In this document: piece after piece, positions 36,794-47,507 of the stretch
Position numbering within the stretch: position 1 is the stretch's first letter
Layout: each line of letters opens with the position of its first letter
Made by a program: the position numbers and the translations under genes
The notes under the pieces: model-generated
Database searches by the model: none
The model's input: the letters and a program-made list of their open reading frames with translations, nothing else
What the model was told of the DNA's origin: nothing
Origin: Rickettsiales bacterium
GTDB lineage: Bacteria > Pseudomonadota > Alphaproteobacteria > Rickettsiales > UBA1997
Assembly: GCA_038123275.1 (NCBI GenBank)
Contig: JAYORG010000010.1
Location: forward strand, 278 to 64,277
Reading direction: 5' to 3'
DNA length: 64,000 nt

Positions 36794-37729
36794 ATGGACA
36801 ATAAAGACCTAATGGGTTTTGCTCAAAAAAGCCCAAAAGAAAAAATGCTCAGAAAACCAGATTGGATAAGAGTCAAAGCTCCTATATCCAAAGTTTTTGA
36901 TGAGACTAAAGAATTAATGCGTAAATATAAGCTAAATACTGTTTGTGAAGAGGCAGCTTGCCCTAATATTGGTGAATGTTGGAGTCAAAAACATGCCACG
37001 GTCATGATTCTTGGTTCAATTTGCACTCGTGCTTGTTCATTTTGCAATATTGAAACTGGAAGGCCAGATTTGCTAGATCCTCATGAGCCAGAAAATATGG
37101 CAGAAGCACTAAGACATCTTGGGTTAGAACATTTAGTTATTACCTCAGTTGATCGTGATGATCTAGAGGATGGTGGGGCCGATCATTTTGTACAATGTAT
37201 TACCAAAATTAGACAAACCTCACCAAAAACCACTATTGAAATTTTAACTCCAGATTTCTTAAAAAAAGATGGTGCCATTGAGAAGGTAGCAAAAGCTAAA
37301 CCAGATGTTTTTAATCATAATATTGAAACAGTTCCTGGTCTTTATCATACAATTCGTCCAGGTGCGCGTTATTTCCATTCTCTATCTTTGTTAAAGCAAG
37401 TTAAGGAAGTTGATCCAATGATTTTTACTAAATCTGGATTAATGGTTGGTCTTGGTGAAAAAAAAGAAGAAGTATTGCAAGTTATGGACGACCTTAGAAC
37501 AGCTAATGTCGATTTTCTAACAATTGGTCAATATCTACGCCCAACAGTAAGACATGCTCCGGTAGATCGTTATGTCACACCAGAAGAATTTAAATTTTAT
37601 GAAAAAGCTGCTTATAATAAAGGTTTTTTAATGGTTTCTTCTTCGCCTTTAACTAGGTCATCTTATCATGCTGGTGACGATTTTGTTAAAATGAGAGATG
37701 CTAGAGAGAAGCAGTTAAAGGTTAATTAG
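36794..37729 (+). CDS. lipA: Lipoyl synthase
   Basis: [13 protein letters not shown] and the radical-SAM CTRACSFC clusters. Confidence 0.92.
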   Translation: MDNKDLMGFAQKSPKEKMLRKPDWIRVKAPISKVFDETKELMRKYKLNTVCEEAACPNIGECWSQKHATVMILGSICTRACSFCNIETGRPDLLDPHEPENMAEALRHLGLEHLVITSVDRDDLEDGGADHFVQCITKIRQTSPKTTIEILTPDFLKKDGAIEKVAKAKPDVFNHNIETVPGLYHTIRPGARYFHSLSLLKQVKEVDPMIFTKSGLMVGLGEKKEEVLQVMDDLRTANVDFLTIGQYLRPTVRHAPVDRYVTPEEFKFYEKAAYNKGFLMVSSSPLTRSSYHAGDDFVKMRDAREKQLKVN

Positions 37730-37825
37730 TTTGAAAAGTAATACTTTAAAAAATGAAGCTTTCTTCAAAAGACTTAGAATTATTTGAAGAAATTAGAAAA
37801 CTCACTTGGAAATTTGATAAAACTA

Positions 37826-38633
37826 GGTTCTGTTGAGATTTCAAATTAATAAATTAGAATTGATGTTTTATCAACATTAATTCATAAAATATGAGCTATA
37901 AAAAGAGATTAAATTCATATCAGTGGGACAAGATTTACAACTATTTAAAAGAATTCAAGGTCATTTATACTAGGAACGAAGTAGGCACCAGACGTTTTGT
38001 TGAGGCTGTGTTATGGATAGCAAGGAGTGGTTCTCAATGGCGGTTTTTATCTCCAGAATATGGAGATTGGAATACTGTTTACAAAAGGTTTGTTGACTGG
38101 GCAGAGAAAGGAATATGGTATAAGATGTTTTATTATTTTGCTGATGACCCTGATATGGAATATATCATGATTGATTCAACAATATTAAGGGCTCATGCTT
38201 GTTCTTCAGGAGCTTTAAAAAAAACGGTACTCAAGAGCATCAAGCATTAGGAAGATCAAAAGGTGGATTAACTACAAAAATACATGGAGTATGTGATGCT
38301 CTTGGCAGTCTACTTCATTATATATTGAGTCCAGGCCAAGTACTTGAATATGAGGCTTTGCTTGCTGATAAAGGTTATGATGCTGATTACATTATTAATC
38401 ATATTCTATCCAATGGAGCCAGAGCAATAATTCCAAGCAAGAAAAATAGAATCATAAAAAGAAATTTAGATGCAGAATTATACAAAGAAAGGCACAAAAT
38501 AGAATGTTTATTTGGCTTCCTAAAACATTACAGAAGGCTATTCTCAAGGTTTAAGAAATATGCCAGTAGGTTCATGACATTTCTACATTTTGTATCAACT
38601 TTGCAATGGTTAAAATGAAATCTCAACAGAACC
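37826..38633 (+). mobile_element. IS5-family insertion sequence (IS427/IS903-like ends), apparently intact, 808 bp
   Basis: Perfect 18-bp terminal inverted repeats GGTTCTGTTGAGATTTCA (37826..37843) and TGAAATCTCAACAGAACC (38616..38633), flanked by TA on both sides (37824-25 and 38634-35). Confidence 0.85.
37891..38618 (+). CDS. IS5-family DDE transposase, two overlapping frames joined by a probable programmed -1 frameshift at an A8 run (38217..38224)
   Basis: OrfA WDKIYNYL...RRFVEAVLWIARSGSQWRFLSPEYGDWNTVYKRFVDWAEKGIW...MIDSTILRAHA. OrfB GRSKGGLTTKIHGVCDALG...ADKGYDADYI...YKERHKIECLFGFLKHYRRLFSRF. The DDE residues are present. Confidence 0.8.
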
Positions 38634-38760
38634 TAAAAATATGTCAAAATCTAAAAATAGTTATTTTAGTTAATAGTGTCTAAATAAAACTCTTGCACTT
38701 GATAAATATATCTATAAAATGGGCGTCTTAACTGACAATTCTAATATTCTTAAAATTTAA

Positions 38761-41538
38761 ATGACTACCAGCCAATCTTTAAGTAAAGAAATCGTTCCTG
38801 TAGCAATAGAAACGGAGATGAGAAAATCTTATTTAGATTATGCCATGAGTGTAATTGTTTCTCGTGCAATTCCAGATGTTTGCGATGGTTTAAAACCTGT
38901 TCATAGAAGAATCCTTTATGCAATGCATGAAGGTAATTATGACTACAACAAACCTTTTAAAAAATCTGCTCGTATTGTTGGTGAGGTAATGGGTAAATAT
39001 CATCCTCATGGTGATAGTGCTATTTACGATTCTTTAGTTAGAATGGCGCAAGATTTTTCTCTGCGTTTACCTTTAATTGATGGCCAAGGTAACTTTGGTT
39101 CTATTGATGATGATCCTCCTGCAGCAATGCGTTATACAGAATCGCGTTTGCAAAAGGTTACTCATACTATGTTGGAAGATCTTGACAAAGACACAGTTGA
39201 CTTCATGCCAAACTATGATGGTAGTGAGTTAGAGCCAAGAGTAATGCCAGCTAGATTTCCTAATTTACTAGTTAATGGTACTAGCGGTATTGCGGTTGGT
39301 ATGGCCACAAATGTCCCTCCTCATAATTTGGGTGAAGTTATTGATGGGGTTTTGGCTTATATTGCTAATAATAATATAACTATTGAAGAGTTAATAGAAG
39401 TTATTCCAGGGCCAGACTTTCCAACTGGTGGTTTAATTCTTGGTAGGAATGGTTATAATAATGCAGCTAAAACAGGACGAGGTTCAATTATCATGCGTGG
39501 TCGCCATAAGGTAGAAGAAAAAGCTGGTGGCAAATCAACAATCATTATTAGCGAAGTTCCATATCAGGTTAATAAAGCTAAATTAGTAGAAAAAATTGCT
39601 GAATTAGTTAAGGAAAAGAAAATTGAAGGAATCTCTGATTTAAGAGATGAATCTGATCGTGATGGTATTAGGGTTGTAATTGAGCTTAAAAAAGGTGCAA
39701 TGGATGAAGTTATTATTAGTCAACTTTATAGCTATACTCCACTTCAAACTAGTTTTGGTGTTAATATGCTGGCTTTAAACCATGGTAAGCCAGAGTTGAT
39801 GAATCTTTTGGATGTTATTAAAGCTTTTTCTGAGTTTAGAGAAAGCGTTGTTACTAGAAGAATTAATTTCTTGTTAAACAAAGCTAGAGACAAAACTCAT
39901 CTTTTAATTGGTTTGGCTGTTGCGGTTGCTAATATTGATGAAATTGTAGCTTTAATTAGAAAATCTCCTGATGTTGCAACTGCTAAAGAGCAATTATTAG
40001 GACGTAGTTGGCCCGCTAAAGATGTAGAGACTATTATTAACCTAGTGCAAGATAAAGGTAATGTCATCAAGGATGGTCAATTCTACTTTACAGAGGTTCA
40101 GGCTAAAGCTATTCTTGATATGAGGTTAGCTAAGTTAACGGGCTTAGAGATGGAAAAAATTAATGGTGAATTAAAAGAATTAGCTGCTGAAATTTCACGT
40201 TATTTAGAAATATTAGGTGATAAAGTTAAATTAATGGAAGTTGTAGTTAAGGAATTGCAAGAAGTTAAGGAACAATTTTCAACTCCAAGACGTTCAACTA
40301 TAGAAGAGAGCGAATTTGAAACTAACATTGAAGATCTTATTCCAAAAGAAGATATGGTAGTGGTTGCTACTATGAATGGTTACATTAAAAGAGTGCCATT
40401 ATCTACTTATAAAGCTCAAAAAAGAGGTGGTAAAGGTAGAAGTGGTATGTCAGTTAGAGATGAAGATGTTGCAACTGATATTTTTGTTGCAAATACTCAT
40501 ACTCCAATATTGTTCTTTTCTGATCGTGGTAAAGTTTATAAAATGAAAACTTATAAATTACCGCTTGGTAACCCACAAGCTAAGGGTAGGGCATTGGTTA
40601 ACTTACTTCCAATTGAACAGGATGAAAAGATTAGTACAATTTTATCTCTTCCTGAAAATGAAGATAGTTGGAAAGATTTAAATATTGTTTTTGCAACTTC
40701 AAATGGAACAATTAGAAGAAACTCCATGCATGATTTTGCTAATATTCAGTCTAATGGTAAAATTGCTATGAAATTAGATGAGAGTAATTCTTTAATAGGT
40801 GTTAACTTATGTGAAGAGAAGGATTTTGTTATGCTTTCAACTAAAAATGGTAAATGCATTAGATTTCCAGTTGAAAAATTAAGAGTTTTTGCTAGTCGTT
40901 CTTCAGAAGGTGTTAGAGGTATTAAGTTGGATTCAAATAATTTTGTTATTGCTATGTCTGTACTTAAAGATGTTAGTGCAGATGCTTTAACTAAAGAGCA
41001 ATATCTAAAAATTCCATCTGATAAGAGAATAGAATTAAAAGATGCTTTATTATTTAATCAAAATTTAGCTAATAATGCACCTAAAGACTTACTTGAGTCA
41101 ACTCCTAAAGAAGTTCCTGTAATTAAAGGGACAGAGTTAGAACAAGATAAAATTCAAGAATTAGCTCTAAATGAAGAATTTATCCTTACTATAACTGAAA
41201 ATGGTTTTGGTAAAAGAAGTTCAGCCTATGAATATCGCATAACTAATCGTGGAGGTATGGGTATTACTAATATCATTACCTCAGCTCGTAATGGTGAAGT
41301 TGTAGCTAGTTTTCCTATTGATGGTGGTGATCAGGTTATGATTATTACTAACCAAGGAACTCTAATTAGAACAGACGTTAGTGCTGTTAGAGTTACTGGT
41401 AGAAATACTCAAGGAGTAACTTTAATCAACACTAAAACTAGCGATGAAAAAGTAGTTTCAGTGGCTAGAATAGCTCAAAGTGGAGAAGATGAAATTGATG
41501 ATGTTGAAACTGGAGAGTCTTTAAACGAAAATGAATAA
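38761..41538 (+). CDS. gyrA: DNA gyrase subunit A
   Basis: [29 protein letters not shown], the active-site AAMRYTE and C-terminal beta-pinwheel repeats. Confidence 0.95.
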   Translation: MTTSQSLSKEIVPVAIETEMRKSYLDYAMSVIVSRAIPDVCDGLKPVHRRILYAMHEGNYDYNKPFKKSARIVGEVMGKYHPHGDSAIYDSLVRMAQDFSLRLPLIDGQGNFGSIDDDPPAAMRYTESRLQKVTHTMLEDLDKDTVDFMPNYDGSELEPRVMPARFPNLLVNGTSGIAVGMATNVPPHNLGEVIDGVLAYIANNNITIEELIEVIPGPDFPTGGLILGRNGYNNAAKTGRGSIIMRGRHKVEEKAGGKSTIIISEVPYQVNKAKLVEKIAELVKEKKIEGISDLRDESDRDGIRVVIELKKGAMDEVIISQLYSYTPLQTSFGVNMLALNHGKPELMNLLDVIKAFSEFRESVVTRRINFLLNKARDKTHLLIGLAVAVANIDEIVALIRKSPDVATAKEQLLGRSWPAKDVETIINLVQDKGNVIKDGQFYFTEVQAKAILDMRLAKLTGLEMEKINGELKELAAEISRYLEILGDKVKLMEVVVKELQEVKEQFSTPRRSTIEESEFETNIEDLIPKEDMVVVATMNGYIKRVPLSTYKAQKRGGKGRSGMSVRDEDVATDIFVANTHTPILFFSDRGKVYKMKTYKLPLGNPQAKGRALVNLLPIEQDEKISTILSLPENEDSWKDLNIVFATSNGTIRRNSMHDFANIQSNGKIAMKLDESNSLIGVNLCEEKDFVMLSTKNGKCIRFPVEKLRVFASRSSEGVRGIKLDSNNFVIAMSVLKDVSADALTKEQYLKIPSDKRIELKDALLFNQNLANNAPKDLLESTPKEVPVIKGTELEQDKIQELALNEEFILTITENGFGKRSSAYEYRITNRGGMGITNIITSARNGEVVASFPIDGGDQVMIITNQGTLIRTDVSAVRVTGRNTQGVTLINTKTSDEKVVSVARIAQSGEDEIDDVETGESLNENE

Positions 41539-41554
41539 AAGCTAAAAGTTTATT

Positions 41555-43009
41555 ATGACATATTTTGTTCAAGGAAAAAATAATGAATATGAGTTAGTTA
41601 TAGGCTGTGAGATTCATGCTCAAATTTCTTCTAAATCAAAATTATTCTCTAGAAGTTCTACTAAATTTGGCCAACCTCAAAATAGCCAAACTTCTTTTGT
41701 TGATGCTGCAATGCCTGGAATGCTGCCAACAATTAATGAATTTGCTGTTAAGCAAACTGTTAAAACTGGCTTGGCCATCAGCGCTAAAATTAATCTTAAG
41801 TCAATTTTTGATCGTAAAAATTATTTTTATCCTGATTTGCCACAAGGTTATCAAATTTCTCAATTTTTAGATCCAATAGTAGGAGAAGGTCAAGTTGAAA
41901 TTGAATTAGAGGATGAGTCAAAAAAAAATATTGGCGTTACAAGAATTCATATGGAACAAGATGCCGGAAAATTAATTCACGATCAGCATCCAAGTTTAAG
42001 CTTGGTAGATTTAAACAGAAGTGGAGTTGGCTTAATGGAAATTGTTTCTGATCCTGATATCTCTAGCCCATTTGAGGCTTGTAATTATGTAAAAAAAATT
42101 AGATCAGTTCTTAGGGCAATTGGCACTTGTGATGGTGATATGGAGAAGGGAAATTTAAGATGTGATGCTAATGTGTCAGTTAGAATAAAAGGCACAAAAG
42201 AACTTGGAACTAGATGCGAAATTAAAAATCTTAATTCTATTAATAATATTTCAAAAGCCATTCAATTTGAAGCAAAAAGACAAGTTGAAATATTAGAAAA
42301 TGGTGGTGAAATTTCTCAAGAAACTAGATTATTTGATGCTATTAATGGTGAGACTAGAACCATGAGAAGTAAAGAAGATGCTATGGATTACCGTTACTTC
42401 CCAGATCCAGATTTGCCAACTTTAGTTATTTCTCAAGAGTTGGTTGATGAAATAAAATCTACTTTGCCAGAATTACCTGATGCCAAAAAAGAGCGCTACA
42501 TTAAGGAATTTGACATATCTGCTTATGATGCTGGTGTATTAACATCCGATATCCAAATTTCTTCTTATTTTGAGCAATTAGTTCAAAAACATGATCCAAA
42601 ATTATGTGTAACTTGGTTAACGGTTGAGTTATTTGGTAGAATGAATAAATTGGGAATTGATTTTAAAAATTTAACAATTTTAGCGAATGATTTAATAGAA
42701 TTGTTAGATTTAATAAAAAATGGTGATATTTCTGGTAAAATTGCCAAAGAGGTTTTGGATGCAATGTTTGAAACTGGTGATAAAGCAGGTAATATTGTTG
42801 AGAAAAAAGGCTTAAAACAAGTTAGTGATGATGGAGCTATAGAAAAAATGATAGATAATGTTCTTAATGACAATAGTGATAAAGTTGAACAATATAAGTC
42901 AGGAAAAGATAAATTATTTGGTTTTTTTGTTGGTCAAGTAATGAAAGAATCAAAAGGTCAAGCTAATCCTGGAGTGGTTAATAAGATATTAAAAGATAAA
43001 TTAAAATAA
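41555..43009 (+). CDS. gatB: Asp-tRNA(Asn)/Glu-tRNA(Gln) amidotransferase subunit B
   Basis: [24 protein letters not shown] and a C-terminal YqeY-like tail. Confidence 0.92.
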   Translation: MTYFVQGKNNEYELVIGCEIHAQISSKSKLFSRSSTKFGQPQNSQTSFVDAAMPGMLPTINEFAVKQTVKTGLAISAKINLKSIFDRKNYFYPDLPQGYQISQFLDPIVGEGQVEIELEDESKKNIGVTRIHMEQDAGKLIHDQHPSLSLVDLNRSGVGLMEIVSDPDISSPFEACNYVKKIRSVLRAIGTCDGDMEKGNLRCDANVSVRIKGTKELGTRCEIKNLNSINNISKAIQFEAKRQVEILENGGEISQETRLFDAINGETRTMRSKEDAMDYRYFPDPDLPTLVISQELVDEIKSTLPELPDAKKERYIKEFDISAYDAGVLTSDIQISSYFEQLVQKHDPKLCVTWLTVELFGRMNKLGIDFKNLTILANDLIELLDLIKNGDISGKIAKEVLDAMFETGDKAGNIVEKKGLKQVSDDGAIEKMIDNVLNDNSDKVEQYKSGKDKLFGFFVGQVMKESKGQANPGVVNKILKDKLK

Positions 43010-43010
43010 T

Positions 43011-44288
43011 ATGGCTATGAATGATTTTTTAAACCAATTGTCAGAAATAAATGTTAAATTTCTTATTGAGTTAGGCTTAATTATTGGTGCTTTTACTTTT
43101 AGTTATACTTTTAAGAAGTTTTTTGATAAAAGGTTTTTGCGCAATTCAGAGCAAATATCTTTTATTAAAGATGCAACTGTTCGTCAAAAATTTATTAGAA
43201 ATTATCGTTATGTTTCATATCCTTTATATTTAACTTTTTCTTTAGCTATACTTTTTATTATTTTAACAACTTTAGAATTACCTGGAACTTTAATAATTCC
43301 AGCATCTCAATTTAGCATTATTTGGTTTGCTTTAAGAATAATAACTGCCATTTCTGGCAGTAAGTCACCAAAGATGATAGTAATTATTGTTGGTCTTATT
43401 TTAATATTAGATATTTTTCATTTAACAGATGTTATTGCTGATGCTTTAGGTAAATTGTCAATTGAGCTAGGAAATTTTAAATTATCATCTTTATTAATAG
43501 TTAAGGCCATTATTGCTTTAATTGTTAGTTTGTGGGTTGTTAATTTAATTTCACAAATTTCTAGAAAGACGGTTTCTAATTTTAGCTCTTTAAATATTAG
43601 CGCTAAAAATATCACTACAGTAATTATTGATATTGCTCTTTATTTCTTCTTATTCTTAATTATTTTAAAATTAGTTGGCTTTGATATTACTGCTATTGCA
43701 GTTGTAGGTTCGGCAGTTGGTATCGGTTTTGGTTTTGGTTTGCAAAAAATTACTTCTAACTTTATTTCCGGATTGATATTGCTTTTTGAAAGATCAATAA
43801 AAGAGGGTGATGTGGTAGAGCTTTCAACTGATCCAGGCGATATTGGCTTTGTTAAAAGAATGGGCATTAGATATACTTTGGTTAGAACTTTTGATAATAA
43901 AGAAATTATGATGCCAAATGAGGACTTCATCACCAACAGAGTTACAAATTGGACATTTAGTGACAAAGAAGTAAGGATAAAAATTGATATTGGTGTTGAT
44001 TATGGTTCTGATTTAGAGTTAGTAAAAAAATTGATCTTAGAAGCTGCCACTGAAAATGTTGATGAAGACATTATCTATAAACCTGTTTGTTTTTTACATG
44101 AATTTGGTGATAGTTCGGTCAATTTTATTCTTTATGTATGGGTTAGTAATGTAAATTTAGTACAACATGCCAAAAGAAGCGATATTTTATTTGGTATTTG
44201 GAATAAATTTAAAGATAATAAAATCACAATTCCATTCCCACAAAGAGATCTACATCTTAAGTCTAGCGACCTAAAGAGTATTAAATAG
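43011..44288 (+). CDS. Mechanosensitive ion channel (MscS family)
   Basis: Multiple TM helices, then GFGLQKITSNFISGLILLFERSIKEGDVV (pore helix/beta domain junction). Confidence 0.85.
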   Translation: MAMNDFLNQLSEINVKFLIELGLIIGAFTFSYTFKKFFDKRFLRNSEQISFIKDATVRQKFIRNYRYVSYPLYLTFSLAILFIILTTLELPGTLIIPASQFSIIWFALRIITAISGSKSPKMIVIIVGLILILDIFHLTDVIADALGKLSIELGNFKLSSLLIVKAIIALIVSLWVVNLISQISRKTVSNFSSLNISAKNITTVIIDIALYFFLFLIILKLVGFDITAIAVVGSAVGIGFGFGLQKITSNFISGLILLFERSIKEGDVVELSTDPGDIGFVKRMGIRYTLVRTFDNKEIMMPNEDFITNRVTNWTFSDKEVRIKIDIGVDYGSDLELVKKLILEAATENVDEDIIYKPVCFLHEFGDSSVNFILYVWVSNVNLVQHAKRSDILFGIWNKFKDNKITIPFPQRDLHLKSSDLKSIK

Positions 44289-44314
44289 GTAGTAACTCTG
44301 TTACTACTGTAACT

Positions 44315-44495
44315 GTCATCCTGAATCTAGACTCTCTTAGTTATCTTTGATAACTTAGAAAGTCTTGTATGAAGGATCTTACGTCACGAGTGGGGGATTT
44401 AATATTAACACCAACGTTGCTTGGGGTGAGATACTTCACATAAGAGACTCTAGAGCTTCTTAATGAAGCTCAAGATTCTCTAAGTTCAGCATGAC
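44315..44495. repeat. Full-length composite palindromic element (two inverted hairpin modules around a central segment), 181 bp
   Basis: Left end GTCATCCTGAATCTAGA, right end TCTAAGTTCAGCATGAC. Central GGATCTTACGTCACGAGTGGGGGATTTAATATTAACACCAACGTTGCTTGGGGTGAGATAC. Confidence 0.85.
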
Positions 44496-44510
44496 AGTTC
44501 CTATATAAAA

Positions 44511-44541
44511 GATCTTGTCATGAGTGGAGGAGTTAATATTA
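44511..44541 (+). repeat. Partial element tail overlapping the stop codon of the GS-like gene
   Basis: GATCTTGTCATGAGTGGAGGAGTTAATATTA versus the family tail GATCT(C/T)ACG..CGAGTGGRGGRGTTAATATTA. Confidence 0.65.
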
Positions 44542-45357
44542 ATTGCCTATCCTTGCAAGATAATCATACTGTTCATCAAAAGCATTACCATATATTTCCT
44601 TTGGGGCTTTTAAATCATTATCAATATCATATTTCACCATTTCTAAAAATTTACCAATTGCTTTTTTTACGTTAATATCAGCATCAGCTATTCTATATTC
44701 TAATCTTCTGTTAATATTTTTTCCAACCACCCTAATAGCACAGCTTCTATTATCATATCCCCAGCTCAAATTAACAGGTGAGGTATATTTACCTTTGCTA
44801 AACAGCTCCTTATTCCTTTTTAAATTAAAACGTGAGTAATTTGCTTTTGAATCAGTGAAATAGTCTATATTTTTATTTGTAAGAGATAGTAATTTGGATA
44901 TTATATTTAAAAGAATCCTACTTTCTTTATTATTATTTTTATCAAATAAATTTTTATTATATTCATTTAATAAAGTTAAATTAATTTGAAGAGCATTAGA
45001 ACAATCATCTTTAAATGGGGTAGGATCTAAATTAATTTCTAAATCATATTTTTTTGCTAAATCCTTAGATATTGTTTTTATCAATTCTAGCTCAAGGCAT
45101 AATAGATTAATATTTTGTGTTGGCAGTGTTTTGATTTCAATTTGACCTTCGCCTTGCTCTTTTTGAATGTCTAAGAGATTTATTTTTTGTCTTTTGACCT
45201 TATCTTTTAGTTTTTTGATAAATGTCTCAACTAAGCTATGGTCATTAATCTGATTAGAGTTTTTGGTAAGATAAAACTCTAATTCAAGACCAATATTAGG
45301 ATAAAGAAGATTATTATGAAAATCTGAAATAATTTTATCTAAAATCTCACTTTTCAC
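44539..45357 (-). CDS. Glutamine synthetase catalytic-domain-like protein lacking the N-terminal beta-grasp domain
   Basis: GLELEFYL, QKEQGEGQIEI (compare HHEva.gQ.Ei), SWGYDNRSCAIRV and RLEYRIADADIN (compare E.R.pD...NPY). Only 272 aa. The usual GSGMH motif is replaced by SNALQIN. Confidence 0.6.
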   Translation of the reverse strand: MKSEILDKIISDFHNNLLYPNIGLELEFYLTKNSNQINDHSLVETFIKKLKDKVKRQKINLLDIQKEQGEGQIEIKTLPTQNINLLCLELELIKTISKDLAKKYDLEINLDPTPFKDDCSNALQINLTLLNEYNKNLFDKNNNKESRILLNIISKLLSLTNKNIDYFTDSKANYSRFNLKRNKELFSKGKYTSPVNLSWGYDNRSCAIRVVGKNINRRLEYRIADADINVKKAIGKFLEMVKYDIDNDLKAPKEIYGNAFDEQYDYLARIGN

Positions 45358-45375
45358 ACTTTGAAAATTATAATG

Positions 45376-45693
45376 TTATAGATTTCCCTGAACCCATTCA
45401 TATAAGGCGCTTTTTTGTACAGAGCCAACTTTGCTGTCAACTAATTCGCCATTTTTAAAAATCATTAAAGTTGGAATGCCTCTAACTCCATATTTTGAAG
45501 GAACTTCCGGGTTGTCGTCAATATTGCATTTAAAAACCTCAACTTTGCCTGACATATCCTTAGATAGTTCATCAATTAAAGGGCTTAATTGTTTACAAGG
45601 GCCACACCAAGGAGCCCAAAAATCAACCAATGTAATATTTTTTGACTGGATAACATCTTTTTCAAAATTTGTATCTGTAATTTCTTTTGCCAT
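45376..45693 (-). CDS. trxA: Thioredoxin
   Basis: WAPWCGPCK active site, 105 aa. Confidence 0.93.
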   Translation of the reverse strand: MAKEITDTNFEKDVIQSKNITLVDFWAPWCGPCKQLSPLIDELSKDMSGKVEVFKCNIDDNPEVPSKYGVRGIPTLMIFKNGELVDSKVGSVQKSALYEWVQGNL

Positions 45694-45777
45694 TTTTTGT
45701 TCTTTTAAATTGATAATTTGTTAAGTAGCTTGAATAATATAAATCTAATACTTTTTTAATTTTTTACAAGCAAAACA

Positions 45778-46551
45778 ATGAAAAAAAGAATTCTATTTTT
45801 AGGATGCGGCAAAATGGGTAGTGCCATAAGGCAGAATTTTTTAAATAATAATATTTCTAAAAAAGATATTCTAGTAATTGATCCTAGAAGTAATTTGGCT
45901 GATATTACTTCAATTTCTAATATAAATAAAGACTATAAGGCAGATGTTATTATTTTTGCCATCAAACCACAAGAATGTGAAGATATTTTAAGAGAACTTA
46001 AAAGCCTGCAACCATATAACCAAAATACAATTTTTATTTCAATTTTAGCTGGTAAAAAAATTAAAGTTTTTGAAGATATTTTTGGAAAAGATAAAAAAAT
46101 AATTCGTTTAATGCCAAATTTACCAATTTTAATAGGTGAGGGTATTAGCGCTTATTTTGCTAATAAAAATATTAAAAATAATGAAGAAAAGGCAATTATT
46201 GATTTATTTGGTCAAAATTTAAAATTATCAAATGAAGATTTAATAAATCAAGCAACAGCAATTTCTGGAAGTGGCCCAGCATATCTATTTTTATTTGCTA
46301 AAAGCATTATTGATGCAGCAAAAGAATTGGGCTTAGATGAGGAAGAATCTAAAAAACTTACTAAACAAACTTTACTTGGCGCTTCTAAAATGCTATTAAA
46401 AGAAGATAATATAGATCAATTAATAAGCAACGTAACAAGCAAAGGAGGTACTACACAAGCTGCTCTAGATGTTTTTGATGGTTCTTTGCAAGATTTAACC
46501 TTAAAAGCAATAAAAGCTGCCTTTGAAAGGTCAAAGGATTTATCATCCTAA
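45778..46551 (+). CDS. proC: Pyrroline-5-carboxylate reductase
   Basis: FLGCGKMGSAI Rossmann N-terminus and the TSKGGTTQAAL motif. Confidence 0.88.
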   Translation: MKKRILFLGCGKMGSAIRQNFLNNNISKKDILVIDPRSNLADITSISNINKDYKADVIIFAIKPQECEDILRELKSLQPYNQNTIFISILAGKKIKVFEDIFGKDKKIIRLMPNLPILIGEGISAYFANKNIKNNEEKAIIDLFGQNLKLSNEDLINQATAISGSGPAYLFLFAKSIIDAAKELGLDEEESKKLTKQTLLGASKMLLKEDNIDQLISNVTSKGGTTQAALDVFDGSLQDLTLKAIKAAFERSKDLSS

Positions 46552-46568
46552 CTTTTATTGCTAATATT

Positions 46569-46628
46569 GTCATCCTGAATGGTAGTAATTCCAAGGATTT
46601 CACGTCACAAATGGAGGGGTTAATATTA
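46569..46628 (+). repeat. Palindromic element, deletion variant lacking the central hairpin
   Basis: GTCATCCTGAATGGTAGTAATTCCAAGGATTTCACGTCACAAATGGAGGGGTTAATATTA. Confidence 0.75.
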
Positions 46629-46669
46629 AATAGTAATAATCTTTATAATAAAAAATTATAAATAAACAC

Positions 46670-46698
46670 TAGACAAGCCTTGTTATATATGCTATAAT
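46670..46698 (+). promoter_or_regulatory. Sigma70-type promoter candidate upstream of the ankyrin gene
   Basis: TAGACA (-35, 5/6), a 17-bp spacer, TGcTATAAT (extended -10, perfect hexamer), ending 39 nt upstream of the ATG at 46737. Chance matches are common in AT-rich DNA. Confidence 0.4.
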
Positions 46699-46736
46699 AG
46701 CAGTTCGATTATTTTTTATTAATTAAGTAACCAAGA

Positions 46737-47507
46737 ATGCCTTTATTTAACTTTGCTGATACATTAAATAAGCTTTATCGCTTACAAGGAGGAGAAGAGG
46801 GTATTGTATTTGATGTTGATGGTGATGATGGTATCCTCATTGATGGTGTAAAATATGATGATGATATAAAAGGTGTAGAGCGTAATTTTCTAGCAGCAAT
46901 AAAAAAAGCAAAGTCCATAAAAGAGTTAATTGGCTTGGAAGATGAGGAATTAGTCTTGTCCTTATTAGTAAAATCTTGTAATGAAAAAAATACCGACAAT
47001 ATATTTACTTTACTTGATGCTATAATTGCACAGGCTAAAAAGGTGGATAAGGATAATTGGCAAGATGCTTTTAATAAAGAGGCATCCAGAAGTAAATTTT
47101 TCCATCTTGCATGTACTTCTGGAAATATGAAGTTGATACAATATTTAGTTAATAAGTCTTTTATTAGCAGTGTTGATTTAACAGATGCCACACCTAATCA
47201 ATACACGCCATTATTTAGTGTTTTTAAAAAAATTTATGATGGTGGAGGAGATGTAGAGGCATTATTGCCAGTTATGAAGTATCTTATCACAAAATGTGGT
47301 GCTGATGTTGATATTGGTTGCAACCCTAGAAAAGTACCAGCAATTGTAGAAGCTTGTGACTATGAGCATGATAAATGCAATATGGATGTAATAAATCTCT
47401 TATGTGAACATTCTAATAAAGCCAACATAGCACTTGCATTAAAAAAAGTTACCCCTAAGACATTTAAAAAACCACCAACTGATGCAAATAGAAGAGAAAG
47501 GAGATAA
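46737..47507 (+). CDS. Ankyrin-repeat protein
   Basis: FHLACTSGNMKLIQYLVNK...TPLFSV...VMKYLITKCGADVDIG...PAIVEACDYEH..MDVINLLCEH matches the ankyrin helix-turn-helix periodicity. Confidence 0.65.
   Translation: MPLFNFADTLNKLYRLQGGEEGIVFDVDGDDGILIDGVKYDDDIKGVERNFLAAIKKAKSIKELIGLEDEELVLSLLVKSCNEKNTDNIFTLLDAIIAQAKKVDKDNWQDAFNKEASRSKFFHLACTSGNMKLIQYLVNKSFISSVDLTDATPNQYTPLFSVFKKIYDGGGDVEALLPVMKYLITKCGADVDIGCNPRKVPAIVEACDYEHDKCNMDVINLLCEHSNKANIALALKKVTPKTFKKPPTDANRRERR

Noticed and set aside
37753-37825. Short ORF (MKLSSKDLELFEEIRKLTWKFDKT...) apparently interrupted by the IS5-family insertion
   Set aside because: The restored ORF would be only 36 codons with no recognisable family, which is easily a chance ORF in AT-rich DNA.
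38199-38618. 139-aa ORF listed as a separate gene
   Set aside because: Its first ~15 codons are an artefact of the ORF caller. It is the downstream frame (DDE half) of the IS5-family transposase, reached by frameshifting at the A8 run.
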